Below, one piece after another: positions 48,184 to 58,027 of a stretch of DNA of 64,000 nucleotides. Source of the stretch: an uncultured delta proteobacterium (GTDB lineage: Bacteria; Myxococcota_A; Polyangia; Polyangiales; Polyangiaceae); NCBI GenBank assembly GCA_963850305.1, contig CAWKKR010000005.1, forward strand, positions 320,001-384,000, given 5' to 3'. Both the position numbers and the translations under genes were made by a program. How positions within the stretch are numbered: position 1 is the first letter of the stretch; the number at the start of each line of letters is the position of its first letter. The notes beneath the pieces are model-generated. The model worked only from the letters and a program-made list of their open reading frames with translations. It was not told the origin of the DNA and did not search any database.

Positions 48184-48421
48184 GCGCGGACCGTCGGAGC
48201 GGTCGACGGTGCGCGGCGCATCGCAGCGGGTGCGCTCGCGGGGCGTTGCAAAACCAAGATGCGTCGGTTCCGTCGCTCTTCCGCGAAGTTTCGGCAAACG
48301 ACGCGCTGCGTGGCGGCGCGAGCAATAGGTTGAACCAGTAAATCCAGGAGCTTCCACCCGCGAGACCCGGACGGGGGATGTTGACGCGCCCGTCATTTTT
48401 CCTTAATTACACAACGACGCC

Positions 48422-50260
48422 ATGTCGCAGCCCATCAATCGTTACAAGGCCGATCTCCGCGAGTACCGCTTCACCCTCTTCGAGCAGCTCAAGCTCGGCG
48501 AGCTGCTCGGCAAGGAGCCGTACGCGGACTGGGGCGAAGAAGAGATCAACATGGTGCTCGACCAGGCTTACCGTTTCGCGACGGAGGTCACCGGTCCGCT
48601 GAACGCCGTCGGGGACAAGGGTTGCAAGCTCGAGAACGGGCAGGTCACGACGCCGCCCGGGTTCAAGGAAGCGTGGAAGGGGCTTTACGAACAGGGCTTC
48701 AAGACGCTCTCCGTCGAGCCGGAGCACGGCGGGCAGGGCGCACCCCGCGTCGTCTCGGCGGTCGTCAGCGAGATGCTCTCGGGCTCGAACCCGGCGTTCG
48801 AGATGTATCCGGCGCTCACGCTCGGCGCCGCGGAGGTCATCGCCGCGTTCGGTACGGACGAGCAGAAGCACCGCTTCCTCGAGAAGATGTTCGACGGCAC
48901 CTATGCCGGAACGATGTGCCTGACGGAGTCGCAAGCCGGCAGTGACGTCGGGCTGTCGTCGACCAGCGCGAAGAAGAACGCGGATGGGACGTACAGCATC
49001 AAGGGCACGAAGATCTTCATCAGCGGCGGCGACCACGACATGACGGAGAACGTCGTGCACCTGGTGCTCGCGCGCATCGAAGGGGCGCAGAAAGGCACGA
49101 AGGGGCTCTCACTCTTCATCGTGCCCAAGCTCCGCGTCGGCGCCGACGGCAAGGTCGCGGGTCCGAACGACGTGAAGATCCCGTCCATCGAGCACAAGAT
49201 GGGCATCAACGGCTCCGCGACCTGCGTCATCAACTTCGGCGAAGATGACGGCTGTGTCGGCCACCTCGTCGGAGGCCAGGAGCATCAGGGTATCAAGCAG
49301 ATGTTCGTGCTCATGAACTTCGCGCGCATCGGCGTCGGCGTTCAGGGGCTCTCGGTCGCCAGCACGGCGTATCTCAACGCGCTCGAGTACGCGCGTGATC
49401 GCAAGCAAGGAACGAGCATCGTCAACTTCAAGGATCCCGAAGCGCCGCGTGTCTCGATCATCGAGCACGCGGACGTTCGGCGGATGCTGCTCGACATGAA
49501 GGCGCGCGTGGAGGGCGTTCGTGCGCTCATCCTCAAGACGGCGCAGCACTACGACCGCGCCGACGCCAAGAAGGGCAAGGACGATGACGGTGCCCTGTAT
49601 GATCTCGGGCAGGTGGAGCTCCTCACGCCGCTCGTGAAGGCGTACTCGTCGGATCAGGCGTTCCGCGTCTGCGAAACGGCGATCCAGGTCTACGGCGGCG
49701 TCGGGTACACGAAGGACTTCCCCGTCGAGCAGTACTGTCGCGATGCGAAGATCTTCTCGATCTACGAGGGGACGAACCACATCCAGTCGCTCGACCTCGT
49801 CGCGCGAAAGCTCGGCCAGCGCGGCGGGGCGAACATGCAGGCGTTCCTCGGCGACGTGCAGGCATTCATCGAGCAGAACAGGAAGCACGAAGCGCTCGGC
49901 GCGGCCGTCCAGCAGCTCGCCAGGGCGCACGAAGCCATCGGGAGCTGCGCGATGCAGTTCCTCGGCTGGTTCCAGGGCGGCGAGATCGAGAAAGTGCCCC
50001 TGACTTCGACGCGGTTCTTGCAGATCATGAGCGAGCTGACGGTCGGCTGGCTCCTGCTGGATGCGGCGGTGATTGCTCTGGCAAAGCAGAAAACCCTCGA
50101 CAAGGGTCACCCGGACTTCGCGTTCTACGAGGGCAAGAAGCACGTCGCGGTCTACTGGGCGCACAACGTGCTCGCTGGCGTCCCCGCGCTCGCGGACATC
50201 GTTCGCGCGGCGGACACGAGCTGCATCGAGATCCCGGCCGAGTCCTTCGCGACGGTCTGA
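48422..50260 (+). CDS. Acyl-CoA dehydrogenase (long, about 600-aa type)
   Basis: TMCLTESQAGSDVG, GTKIFISGG, GLSLFIVPK, EHKMGI.GS.TC, QVYGGVGY, IYEGTNHIQ. Confidence 0.95.
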   Translation: MSQPINRYKADLREYRFTLFEQLKLGELLGKEPYADWGEEEINMVLDQAYRFATEVTGPLNAVGDKGCKLENGQVTTPPGFKEAWKGLYEQGFKTLSVEPEHGGQGAPRVVSAVVSEMLSGSNPAFEMYPALTLGAAEVIAAFGTDEQKHRFLEKMFDGTYAGTMCLTESQAGSDVGLSSTSAKKNADGTYSIKGTKIFISGGDHDMTENVVHLVLARIEGAQKGTKGLSLFIVPKLRVGADGKVAGPNDVKIPSIEHKMGINGSATCVINFGEDDGCVGHLVGGQEHQGIKQMFVLMNFARIGVGVQGLSVASTAYLNALEYARDRKQGTSIVNFKDPEAPRVSIIEHADVRRMLLDMKARVEGVRALILKTAQHYDRADAKKGKDDDGALYDLGQVELLTPLVKAYSSDQAFRVCETAIQVYGGVGYTKDFPVEQYCRDAKIFSIYEGTNHIQSLDLVARKLGQRGGANMQAFLGDVQAFIEQNRKHEALGAAVQQLARAHEAIGSCAMQFLGWFQGGEIEKVPLTSTRFLQIMSELTVGWLLLDAAVIALAKQKTLDKGHPDFAFYEGKKHVAVYWAHNVLAGVPALADIVRAADTSCIEIPAESFATV

Positions 50261-50335
50261 GCCCCGGGGCCCCGGGAGCCCCGGGCCCGCGGGAAGCGAG
50301 ACAAGGCGAGCCGACTTCGGCTAGCTTGGAGCGTC

Positions 50336-51220
50336 ATGGCGACCGCCAAGCGGACCAAGAAGGGTCCCGAAGGACCCCGCTCGCTCGCGAGCATCCAGGT
50401 CGATGTCACGACGCGGCTCGGCGCCGTGGCGCCGACGACCACCACGGGCCTTACCGCGTTCGATGAGCTGCTCGGCGGCGGACTCCGTAGCGGGACGCAC
50501 GTGCTCGTCTCCGGAGCACCGGGAGTCGGCAAGACCGCCCTGGTCCTGATGCTCGCGTACATGGCGGCCCGCGCGCGCGCGGCGGTACTCTTCACGAGCG
50601 TGGGTCTCGACGAGACGGAGATCGTCGCGCGTCTGGCGGCTCGCGCTCTGCACCGCGAGTATCAGAACGTCGGCGCGACCTACGGGACCATCTGGTCCGG
50701 GCTTTCGATGCAGGAGCCCGCGCTTCGCGGTCCGCTCTCGAGCTGCCTGAACACGGTCGCCAAGAAGGTCGGCGAGTACCTGCATCTCCATTCCGCAGAG
50801 CCGATGCTCGACGTCGCGAGCCTCGCCGACCACGCCGCGTTCCTCTGGGCCCGGAATGACCGAGTGCTCGTCGTGGTCGACGGCGCGGAGGCGTATTCGG
50901 CACCCAACGCGGGAGCCTCCAGCTACGACGGCAGGATGTCGCTCGTCGGTTACGAGCTGTCTCGTCTCGCGAGCCAGGGATGCGCCGTCGTGACGACGTG
51001 CCAGGCGGCTTCCGCGACGTTTCTCTCCCCCGCGGTTACGCTCGCGGCGGAGCTGCGTTCGATTCGAGAACCGCTGCCGAAGGGCGGGGCAAAGAGGAAG
51101 ATGCAGCTCGGGGCTCGTCCGATGGATCTGGCCATCTACAAGAACCGGCTCGGTCCGACGCCGACGCTGCCGCTCGTCCACCTTGCGGCGGCGAGCGTCT
51201 TCGAAGAACGCCAGCCGTGA
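50336..51220 (+). CDS. RecA-superfamily ATPase (DnaB C-terminal/KaiC/RAD55-like)
   Basis: TGLTAFDELLGGGLRSG, Walker A GAPGVGKT, Walker B VLVVVD, KNRLGP. Confidence 0.8.
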   Translation: MATAKRTKKGPEGPRSLASIQVDVTTRLGAVAPTTTTGLTAFDELLGGGLRSGTHVLVSGAPGVGKTALVLMLAYMAARARAAVLFTSVGLDETEIVARLAARALHREYQNVGATYGTIWSGLSMQEPALRGPLSSCLNTVAKKVGEYLHLHSAEPMLDVASLADHAAFLWARNDRVLVVVDGAEAYSAPNAGASSYDGRMSLVGYELSRLASQGCAVVTTCQAASATFLSPAVTLAAELRSIREPLPKGGAKRKMQLGARPMDLAIYKNRLGPTPTLPLVHLAAASVFEERQP

Positions 51221-51230
51221 GGGGTTTGGC

Positions 51231-52475
51231 ATGAAGAACGGGCGCATCGTTCTTCACGCCGACATGGATGCCTTCTATGCGTCCATCGAACAGCGCGACG
51301 ATCCGAGGCTGCGCGGAAAGCCGGTCATCGTCGGGGCGACGTCGTCGCGCGGCGTCGTCGCGGCGGCCTCGTACGAGGCACGGAAGTTCGGCATTCGGTC
51401 GGCCATGCCGGGCTTTCGTGCGAAGGAGCTGTGCCCGGACGGCGTCTACTTACCGTCGAACATGGAGAAGTACTCGCGCGTCTCGGATCAGGTTCACGAA
51501 ATCCTGCTCGGCTTCTCTCCGTCGCTCGAGCCCATCGCGCTCGACGAAGCGTTCCTCGACATCACCGGGTCGGCGCACCTGTTCGGTGGACCGATCGAGA
51601 TGGGCCGGCGTCTCAAGCGCGAAGTGCGCGACCGGCTAGAGCTCCCGATCTCCGTCGGCATCGCGCCCTCGAAGCTCGTCGCCAAGCTGGCGTGCACTCT
51701 GTCGAAGGCCGACGGCTTTCTGTTCGTCCCGGAGGATGCCGTGACGTGGCTGCTGGCGCCGCTCCCCGTGCGGCGGCTCTGGGGCGTGGGTCCGGTTCTC
51801 GAGAAGACGCTCGTCGATCTCGGGATTCACACCATCGGCCACCTTGCAGCGTACGACGCGGACGCTCTCGAGCGGGTCCTCGGCGACCGCGCGGCGCAGC
51901 TCCAGCAGCTCGCTCGCGGGGAGGACGATCGAGAGGTCGAAGGGTCGCTCGTCCCGAAGTCTTATGGCGAGGAAAATACCTTCGAGCGCGACGTGGGGGA
52001 CCGCGATATCGTCACGGGAGCGCTCACCGCTCACGCGGAAGCCGTTGCTCGACGCCTGCGTCACGACGGGTTCAGGGGCCGCACCGTGACCCTGAAGATG
52101 AAGCTCGGCGCGCATCGAGGATACCGCGTGTCGCGAACCGACCCGGGCGTTCGCGAACCGATCTATCCGTTACTGACCCGATCGAAGACGCTGGCGGCTC
52201 CGACCGCGGACGGTTCCGTCCTTCGCGACACCGCCGTCGCGCTGTGGGACGCGGCGGCGCTCGACGTCAGGGTCCGCTTGCTCGGCATTTCCGTGACGAA
52301 TCTCGAACGCGGCGAGGCGGAGCAACTCGACCTGTTCGCCGCTCGCCCGCGGAGTGATCGCCTCGGCCCGACCCTCGACGCCATCACGTCCCGGTTCGGG
52401 CGGAGCGCGATCCGCCGGGCCGTGGACACGCCGGAGAAGGCGACCGCGTCCGACCGAAAGAAGCGGGGCGAGTGA
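51231..52475 (+). CDS. dinB: DNA polymerase IV (Y family)
   Basis: HADMDAFYASIEQ, AASYEARKFG, LDEAFLD, SVGIAPSKLVAK, LWGVG, VRLLGI, clamp-binding QLDLF. Confidence 0.96.
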   Translation: MKNGRIVLHADMDAFYASIEQRDDPRLRGKPVIVGATSSRGVVAAASYEARKFGIRSAMPGFRAKELCPDGVYLPSNMEKYSRVSDQVHEILLGFSPSLEPIALDEAFLDITGSAHLFGGPIEMGRRLKREVRDRLELPISVGIAPSKLVAKLACTLSKADGFLFVPEDAVTWLLAPLPVRRLWGVGPVLEKTLVDLGIHTIGHLAAYDADALERVLGDRAAQLQQLARGEDDREVEGSLVPKSYGEENTFERDVGDRDIVTGALTAHAEAVARRLRHDGFRGRTVTLKMKLGAHRGYRVSRTDPGVREPIYPLLTRSKTLAAPTADGSVLRDTAVALWDAAALDVRVRLLGISVTNLERGEAEQLDLFAARPRSDRLGPTLDAITSRFGRSAIRRAVDTPEKATASDRKKRGE

Positions 52476-52516
52476 GTATCCGGGAGGCGAGCGAACGTGG
52501 TCGCTCCGGGACGGCG

Positions 52517-53203
52517 TCAGCCGTTCTCGGCCGGCGCCCGGCGCGTCGCCCGCGCTGGAATGGGGCGTCCGCTCGTGACGCGGGCGCGAACGATGCTCGG
52601 CGTCGGTTCGTCGCTGAGCTCGCGAATGATCTTTGCGAGCACCCGCTGCGGCGTGGGGCAGCCGGTCTTGGCGCAGATACGCCGCCACCGCTTTCGCAGC
52701 CCCTCGCGGGTCACGCCGAGGGCCTGCGCCGCCTCGTCCTTGAAGAGCCCGTTCGCGGCCATCAGCAGCGCGTCGCGCTCCAGTGACGTGAGTCCGTTAG
52801 CTTCCACGAACGCCCCGATGGGGTCTCGCTTTCTCCGCACGGCTTCGAGGAGGGTCGAAGCGCCGACCGGCTTGGGCAAGTACAGACACCGGCCCGCGAG
52901 GTCGAGGGCGCGGCGCGCATCGATGTTTCCGGAGAGAACGATGACGTTTGGCCTTGGCGACAGGGACTCGCACGCGCGCACGACGTCCTCCCCGTCGCCG
53001 TCCGTGAGGATGAGATCGACGACCGCGTGCTGATAGGGCTGGTTCGACCGGGCAGACGCCATCAACTCGTCGAGCGCCGCGACGACCGTGCCGACCTCGG
53101 TCACCTCGAAGCCGGCCCGCCGCAGGAAGCGACTGAGCGCGTCTCGCATGACCGGCTCGTCATCGACGATCAGGATCCGTTCGGAGGCCGTGGGCAGAGT
53201 CAT
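52517..53203 (-). CDS. Response regulator (REC + LuxR-like HTH)
   Basis: ILIVDDE, phospho-acceptor VDLILTDGDG, LSG, KP. C-terminal LTSLERDAL...G....EAAQALGVT. Confidence 0.88.
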   Translation of the reverse strand: MTLPTASERILIVDDEPVMRDALSRFLRRAGFEVTEVGTVVAALDELMASARSNQPYQHAVVDLILTDGDGEDVVRACESLSPRPNVIVLSGNIDARRALDLAGRCLYLPKPVGASTLLEAVRRKRDPIGAFVEANGLTSLERDALLMAANGLFKDEAAQALGVTREGLRKRWRRICAKTGCPTPQRVLAKIIRELSDEPTPSIVRARVTSGRPIPARATRRAPAENG

Positions 53204-53280
53204 GGGATCAAACCTTTCCCTCTAGAACAGCGAGACATTACCACGAGGTGGCCGTTCTGGTTCGAAGTACCAAGCGGAGG

Positions 53281-54159
53281 CTACTTTGGCGCGTCGGTCG
53301 GCGGCTTCAGCTGGACGCCACTCTCGACAATCGTCGCGTAAGTCCGGTCCGGGGTGATGCCTGCAGCGACCCCCTTCCTGGCACGCCCGAGCTCCTCGTC
53401 CACCACCGCCTTCAGCCTTTCGTACGGCTGCGCACCCACGATTTTCCGGCCGTTGACGAACGTGGTCGGCGTCGCGGGGACGTCCACGCGGTCGCTCAGC
53501 GCGACATCGGCTTGAATCACGCTTCCAAACCGGGCAGCGCGCACCGAGGCCCGCACCGACGGCCAGGAAAGCCCGAAGCTCTCGACGATCTTCCGGTAAG
53601 CTGCTTCCCCGAGGGATGCCTGGACTGCGTACAGGCGGTCGTGGGCTTGCCAGAACCCCGCGTCGCCCTTCGCGGCGCGAACGGCACGCGCCACCTCCGC
53701 CGCCGGCTCGGCCTGGTCGTGGGCCGGCAAGGGCAGGTCCTTCCAGACGAAGCGCACGTCCATCGGATATTCCACGCGGAGCCGGTCGAACGTGGCCGTC
53801 GCTTGCTTGCAAAATGGGCACTCGAAGTCGGAAAAGACGACGACGGTCACCAGCGCGTCGTTCGGGCCCTGAACGGGATCGTCGGGGCCGACCGGCACGC
53901 TCCAGACCGTCTTCTCGTCGCCGATGGCGGCGCTCGTCGCACTCGATGGCTTCGGGGCGCCCGCCGCACACCCGCCGCCGCCGTCGGGGGCGTCCTTCGC
54001 GCACGGCTTGAGCCCCTCAGGCCACGCGGGTTGCGCGCGCTGCGCAGGCGCCGTTTGTGGGGGCGCCGGAGCTTCGGGCGCCGCTGCCGGTCTTCCGCAC
54101 GCAGCGACCAGCACCGCGGCTGCCAGGCACGATGAAAAGGAGAGGCGCGCCGGGGACAT
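53281..54159 (-). CDS. DsbA-family thiol-disulfide oxidoreductase lipoprotein
   Basis: Lipobox VAAC, FSDFECPFC, ATPTTFVNG...GAQP. Confidence 0.92.
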   Translation of the reverse strand: MSPARLSFSSCLAAAVLVAACGRPAAAPEAPAPPQTAPAQRAQPAWPEGLKPCAKDAPDGGGGCAAGAPKPSSATSAAIGDEKTVWSVPVGPDDPVQGPNDALVTVVVFSDFECPFCKQATATFDRLRVEYPMDVRFVWKDLPLPAHDQAEPAAEVARAVRAAKGDAGFWQAHDRLYAVQASLGEAAYRKIVESFGLSWPSVRASVRAARFGSVIQADVALSDRVDVPATPTTFVNGRKIVGAQPYERLKAVVDEELGRARKGVAAGITPDRTYATIVESGVQLKPPTDAPK

Positions 54160-54334
54160 CGGCTGGCCACCGATACCACGCTCCGGACCGTGACGGGCCG
54201 TTCTCACCCGTCCGAGGACGCACGGTCACGGTTCTCGTGGAGGAAGAGCGGTTTCACGCCGAACCGCGCGCGGTCGGGTGCTGGCGCACGTGTTGCAAGG
54301 GCGTATGCTCGACTCTTACTTGGAGGCTTCCTCG

Positions 54335-55471
54335 ATGCGGGCAATGAGCGGTGCGTGTGCGGCTCTGGTCTTGGCGGTAGCTTGCGGAGGGCAGTCGTCC
54401 TCTGGAAACTTCACCAACAACGGGAAGGATGCCGGCACTGGCGCGGCTGGCGGAGTCGGAGGTGCCGGCTCCGGCGCCGGCGGTTCCGACCTGATGGCAG
54501 GTGGCTCGGCGGGCTTCGCCGCGGGCGGCACCGGGGTGGGTGCGACCGGAGGCGCGGCAGGCTCGGCGAACGACGGCGGCGAAGTCGATGCGGCAGGTTG
54601 CGCCGGGCCGATCGCCGGCGAGACCGCTCTCTGCGTGAGCGTATTGCCGGAGCGCATCGTCGCCCAGGACGACCCGACCCTGGACAAGAAGGGAAAATAC
54701 TACCTCCAGATCTTCGACACGCCGACTCCACCCGACGGAGCCACTCCACTCGCGTCGCGAACACTGCCGCTCCTCGCGGCGAACGAGATCGCGGTCGACG
54801 CAATCCCGACGGTTCGACTCGCCGCCGTCCTGCCCGCGACCGTCTACGTTCGCGCCTTCTTCGTGGACAACGCTGCCGCCCTCAATCAGAAGCCAGGCTC
54901 GTCGCTGGTCTACGGCACGTGGCTCGGCGGCATGGATCTCACCAACGGGATTCAGACGAACCAGCCGCTGCTCCCGGTGCCGCTGCAGTTGGGCGCAGGG
55001 AACAGCGTCACCATTCCGCTGACCGCACTTCGTAAGTTGACGGCGACGATTCACGCAAGCGTCACCCCCATCGGCGACGGCCAGGGGCCGCTCGCGTTTC
55101 TCGCAGTCGAAGATCCGAATCCAGGCAACAAGCCGCCGCTGTTCGGCTATGGCGCCGTCACGTGTGGCGATGTCTCCGCGTCTCGGAGCGCCGTCGTGAC
55201 GGGGTTCATCCTGGCAGGCGGTCCGCACTGGGTCACGGCGAGCCTGAAAGATGTCGGTGGCAAGGGGGACTTTCCCCCGGGAAGTCTCGCGTCACTCACC
55301 GTGACTGCCGGAAAAGCGATGATCCCGAAGGAGCTCGTCGTCGGAGCGACGGACTACGCGCCCAGCGTGAACATCAATCTCGACTATGCCGTCCCTTGGC
55401 CCGCCGACGGCGGCGCGATTCCCCCGAATTCCTGCGCGGATCTCGCGGCCCTGGCGGACGGCGGTCCGTGA
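54335..55471 (+). CDS. Hypothetical lipoprotein with Gly-rich linker
   Basis: Lipobox AVAC, Gly/Ala linker, beta-rich domain. Confidence 0.75.
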   Translation: MRAMSGACAALVLAVACGGQSSSGNFTNNGKDAGTGAAGGVGGAGSGAGGSDLMAGGSAGFAAGGTGVGATGGAAGSANDGGEVDAAGCAGPIAGETALCVSVLPERIVAQDDPTLDKKGKYYLQIFDTPTPPDGATPLASRTLPLLAANEIAVDAIPTVRLAAVLPATVYVRAFFVDNAAALNQKPGSSLVYGTWLGGMDLTNGIQTNQPLLPVPLQLGAGNSVTIPLTALRKLTATIHASVTPIGDGQGPLAFLAVEDPNPGNKPPLFGYGAVTCGDVSASRSAVVTGFILAGGPHWVTASLKDVGGKGDFPPGSLASLTVTAGKAMIPKELVVGATDYAPSVNINLDYAVPWPADGGAIPPNSCADLAALADGGP

Positions 55472-55474
55472 CGC

Positions 55475-55885
55475 TCACCAGCGGAAATCGACCGGCACTT
55501 CGATCGCGTCGAGCAGGCTGAGACGCACGGGGCATGTGTTCGCGGCGTGCTCCAGCTCTCCGCGTTCCTCCTCCGAGAGCGCGGCGCCGCCCGCCATATC
55601 GGCGCGTACGACGAGCCGCGCCACGCGCCGGGGCAGGGTGGACGTCATGTGTTTCTCGACGTGAACCCGCATGCCGTCGATCGACCAGCCCCGCTTTTGC
55701 GCGAGGATGCCCATGACCGTCGTCATGCACGTGCCGAGCGCGGCCGCGAGCAAATCCGTCGGTGAAAACGACTCGCCGCGGCCGTGATTGTCCAGAGGAG
55801 CGTCCGTCGACAGCGTCGTCGCCGACGGACCGTGCTTCGCGGTGCAACGAAGTTGACCTTCGTACAGGATGTCGATTTCGACCAT
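55475..55885 (-). CDS. OsmC family protein
   Basis: TDAP.DNHG.G..FSPTDLLAAALGTC ... ANTCPV. Confidence 0.92.
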   Translation of the reverse strand: MVEIDILYEGQLRCTAKHGPSATTLSTDAPLDNHGRGESFSPTDLLAAALGTCMTTVMGILAQKRGWSIDGMRVHVEKHMTSTLPRRVARLVVRADMAGGAALSEEERGELEHAANTCPVRLSLLDAIEVPVDFRW

Positions 55886-55974
55886 GGGGGATGAGCCTCG
55901 GTTCGCCTTCAACGTACCGGAGTCTGACCGAGACGCAACGCGCTTCTCGATGCTAGAAGCGGTCGCGAAGCTTC

Positions 55975-56640
55975 ATGGAAATTCTTCTCGTCCGCCACGG
56001 GGAGAGCGAAGGCAACCTCGCCGGGCGTCTCCAGGGTCACGTGGATTCACCGCTGTCCGCGCTCGGCCGCGCCCAGGCGACGCGCCTGGGCGGCTGGCTC
56101 GCCGCGCGCGGGCTTCGCTGGACGTCCGCATACGCCTCGCCGCTCGCGCGGGCCCGGGACACGGCGGCGCTCATCGCCGAGCGCACCGGGTTTCCCGCGG
56201 CGACTCTCGACGAAGATCTGCGCGAGATCGGCGCGGGCGCGCTCGAGGGGCTCACGCGCGACGAGATGATCCGCAAGTTTCCGCGCTTCATCGATCGCGG
56301 TATCGCGGATCTCGGAGACTTCGCCGAGTTCGGCGGCGAGGGCTACGACACGGTCCAGATGCGCGTCGCGCGGATGCTCGAGAAGCTCAAGGCGCGCCAC
56401 CGCGGCCCGTCGGAGCTCGCGCTCGTCGTGGCCCACGGGGGCATCAACTTCCAGATGGTGAAAGCCGCCGTCTGCGTTCCAGTGCCGCGTGTCTGCATCC
56501 TGCACTGGGGGAACTGCACCGCGTGCCTGCTCCGCTTCAGAGAGCGGCGCGGCACGTACATGGCCGAGGTCGCGTGGCACGTCCCCGTCGAGCTGATGGG
56601 TGGCGACGCGGGCGCGGAATCCACCGGAGTGTTCCGGTAG
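55975..56640 (+). CDS. Histidine phosphatase (phosphoglycerate mutase family)
   Basis: LVRHGES, SPLARA, LREI..G..EG, VVAHGG. Confidence 0.92.
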   Translation: MEILLVRHGESEGNLAGRLQGHVDSPLSALGRAQATRLGGWLAARGLRWTSAYASPLARARDTAALIAERTGFPAATLDEDLREIGAGALEGLTRDEMIRKFPRFIDRGIADLGDFAEFGGEGYDTVQMRVARMLEKLKARHRGPSELALVVAHGGINFQMVKAAVCVPVPRVCILHWGNCTACLLRFRERRGTYMAEVAWHVPVELMGGDAGAESTGVFR

Positions 56641-56659
56641 AGGCTGGTAGATTCGCGCG

Positions 56660-58027
56660 GTGACGATCGAGCTGACGTTCGCTTCGGGCACCGTGGAAGT
56701 GCGCGGCCTCGACGACGCGAGCGCGGCCTCGCTGCCGTCCCTCGTTCGCGACGGGCGGACGAAGTCGCATCGCGTGCCGGCCGTGGCCTACGCAGACCTG
56801 GTTCGCGCGCTCGTCCGCGCCGGGCTCGAGTACGAAGACGCGGCTCGTCGGTACGACGACGTGCCGCTCGAGATTCGCGCCGCCAAGGTGTCGCGGCCCT
56901 ATCAAACGGAGGCGTGCGATGCGTGGCGCAAGGCGCGAGGGCGCGGGGTCGTCGTCTTGCCGACGGGTGCGGGCAAGACGTACGTCGCCGTCCTCGCCGC
57001 TGCGGACAAGCAACGGAGCACGCTGGTCGTCACGCCCACGCTCGATCTCGTGCGCCAGTGGTACGACGTGTTCCGCACCTCGTTCGGAATGGACGTCGGT
57101 GTGATCGGCGGCGGCGAGCACGTGGTGCGACCGCTCACCGTGACGACCTACGACTCCGCGTATCTTCACATGGAGACGCTCGGGGCGCGGTTCGGTCTCG
57201 TCGTATTCGACGAGTGTCATCATTTGCCCGGGGAAGCTTACACACTTGCCGCACGCCACTGCCTCGCGCCCTTCCGGCTCGGACTCACGGCTACCCCCGA
57301 GCGCGCGGACGGGCGCGACGCGCTCCTCACGGAGCTCGTCGGTCCGGTCGTCTATCGCAAGGACATCGTCGAGCTCTCCGGAAATTATCTCGCCGAGTAC
57401 GATGTCGAGCGCATCACGGTCTCGCTCGGCCCGGCCGAGCGCGCCGAGTACGCGGCGGAGCGCGCCGTCTACATCGACTTCCTGCGCTCCCAGGGGATTC
57501 GCATGTCGAGCACCTCCGGCTGGGGTGAGTTCATCATGCGCTCGACCATGAGCGAGAGCGGTCGTCGCGCGATGCAGGCATACAGGCGTCAGCGCGAGCT
57601 CGCGTTCGCGGCCCCGGCAAAGCTCGATTATCTGGAGACCCTGCTGCACGACCATCGCACCGACCGCGTCCTCGTCTTCACCGACGACAACGCAACCGCG
57701 TACGCCGTGTCGCGGCGGTTCCTCGTGCCCGCGATCACGCACCAGACGAAAGTCACGGAGCGCAGCGAGCTCCTGGCGCGCTTCGGCGACGGCCGTTACG
57801 GCGTGGTGGTCACGTCGAAGGTATTGAACGAAGGTGTCGACGTTCCCGACGCCAATGTCGCGGTCGTCCTTTCCGGCAGTGGCTCCGTCCGCGAGCACGT
57901 TCAGCGCCTGGGACGCATCCTGCGGCCCAAGGCCGGGAAGCGCGCGACGCTGTACGAGATCGTCTCCGCGGACACCGCCGAGGCGTACACCAGCGAGCGG
58001 CGGCGGGAGCACGATGCTTACCGCTGA
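56660..58027 (+). CDS. SF2 DNA helicase, XPB/Rad25-like
   Basis: RPYQ, LPTGAGKT, PT..LV.QW, DECHH, GLTATPER, LNEGVDVP, QRLGRILR. Confidence 0.92.
   Translation: MTIELTFASGTVEVRGLDDASAASLPSLVRDGRTKSHRVPAVAYADLVRALVRAGLEYEDAARRYDDVPLEIRAAKVSRPYQTEACDAWRKARGRGVVVLPTGAGKTYVAVLAAADKQRSTLVVTPTLDLVRQWYDVFRTSFGMDVGVIGGGEHVVRPLTVTTYDSAYLHMETLGARFGLVVFDECHHLPGEAYTLAARHCLAPFRLGLTATPERADGRDALLTELVGPVVYRKDIVELSGNYLAEYDVERITVSLGPAERAEYAAERAVYIDFLRSQGIRMSSTSGWGEFIMRSTMSESGRRAMQAYRRQRELAFAAPAKLDYLETLLHDHRTDRVLVFTDDNATAYAVSRRFLVPAITHQTKVTERSELLARFGDGRYGVVVTSKVLNEGVDVPDANVAVVLSGSGSVREHVQRLGRILRPKAGKRATLYEIVSADTAEAYTSERRREHDAYR

Noticed and set aside
50261..50335. LexA box upstream of the ATPase-dinB pair
   Set aside because: No recognisable SOS box, only GC-rich hairpins.
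50336..52475. Calling this pair imuA-imuB
   Set aside because: The polymerase keeps its catalytic residues, the ATPase has an intact Walker A, and no dnaE2 follows.
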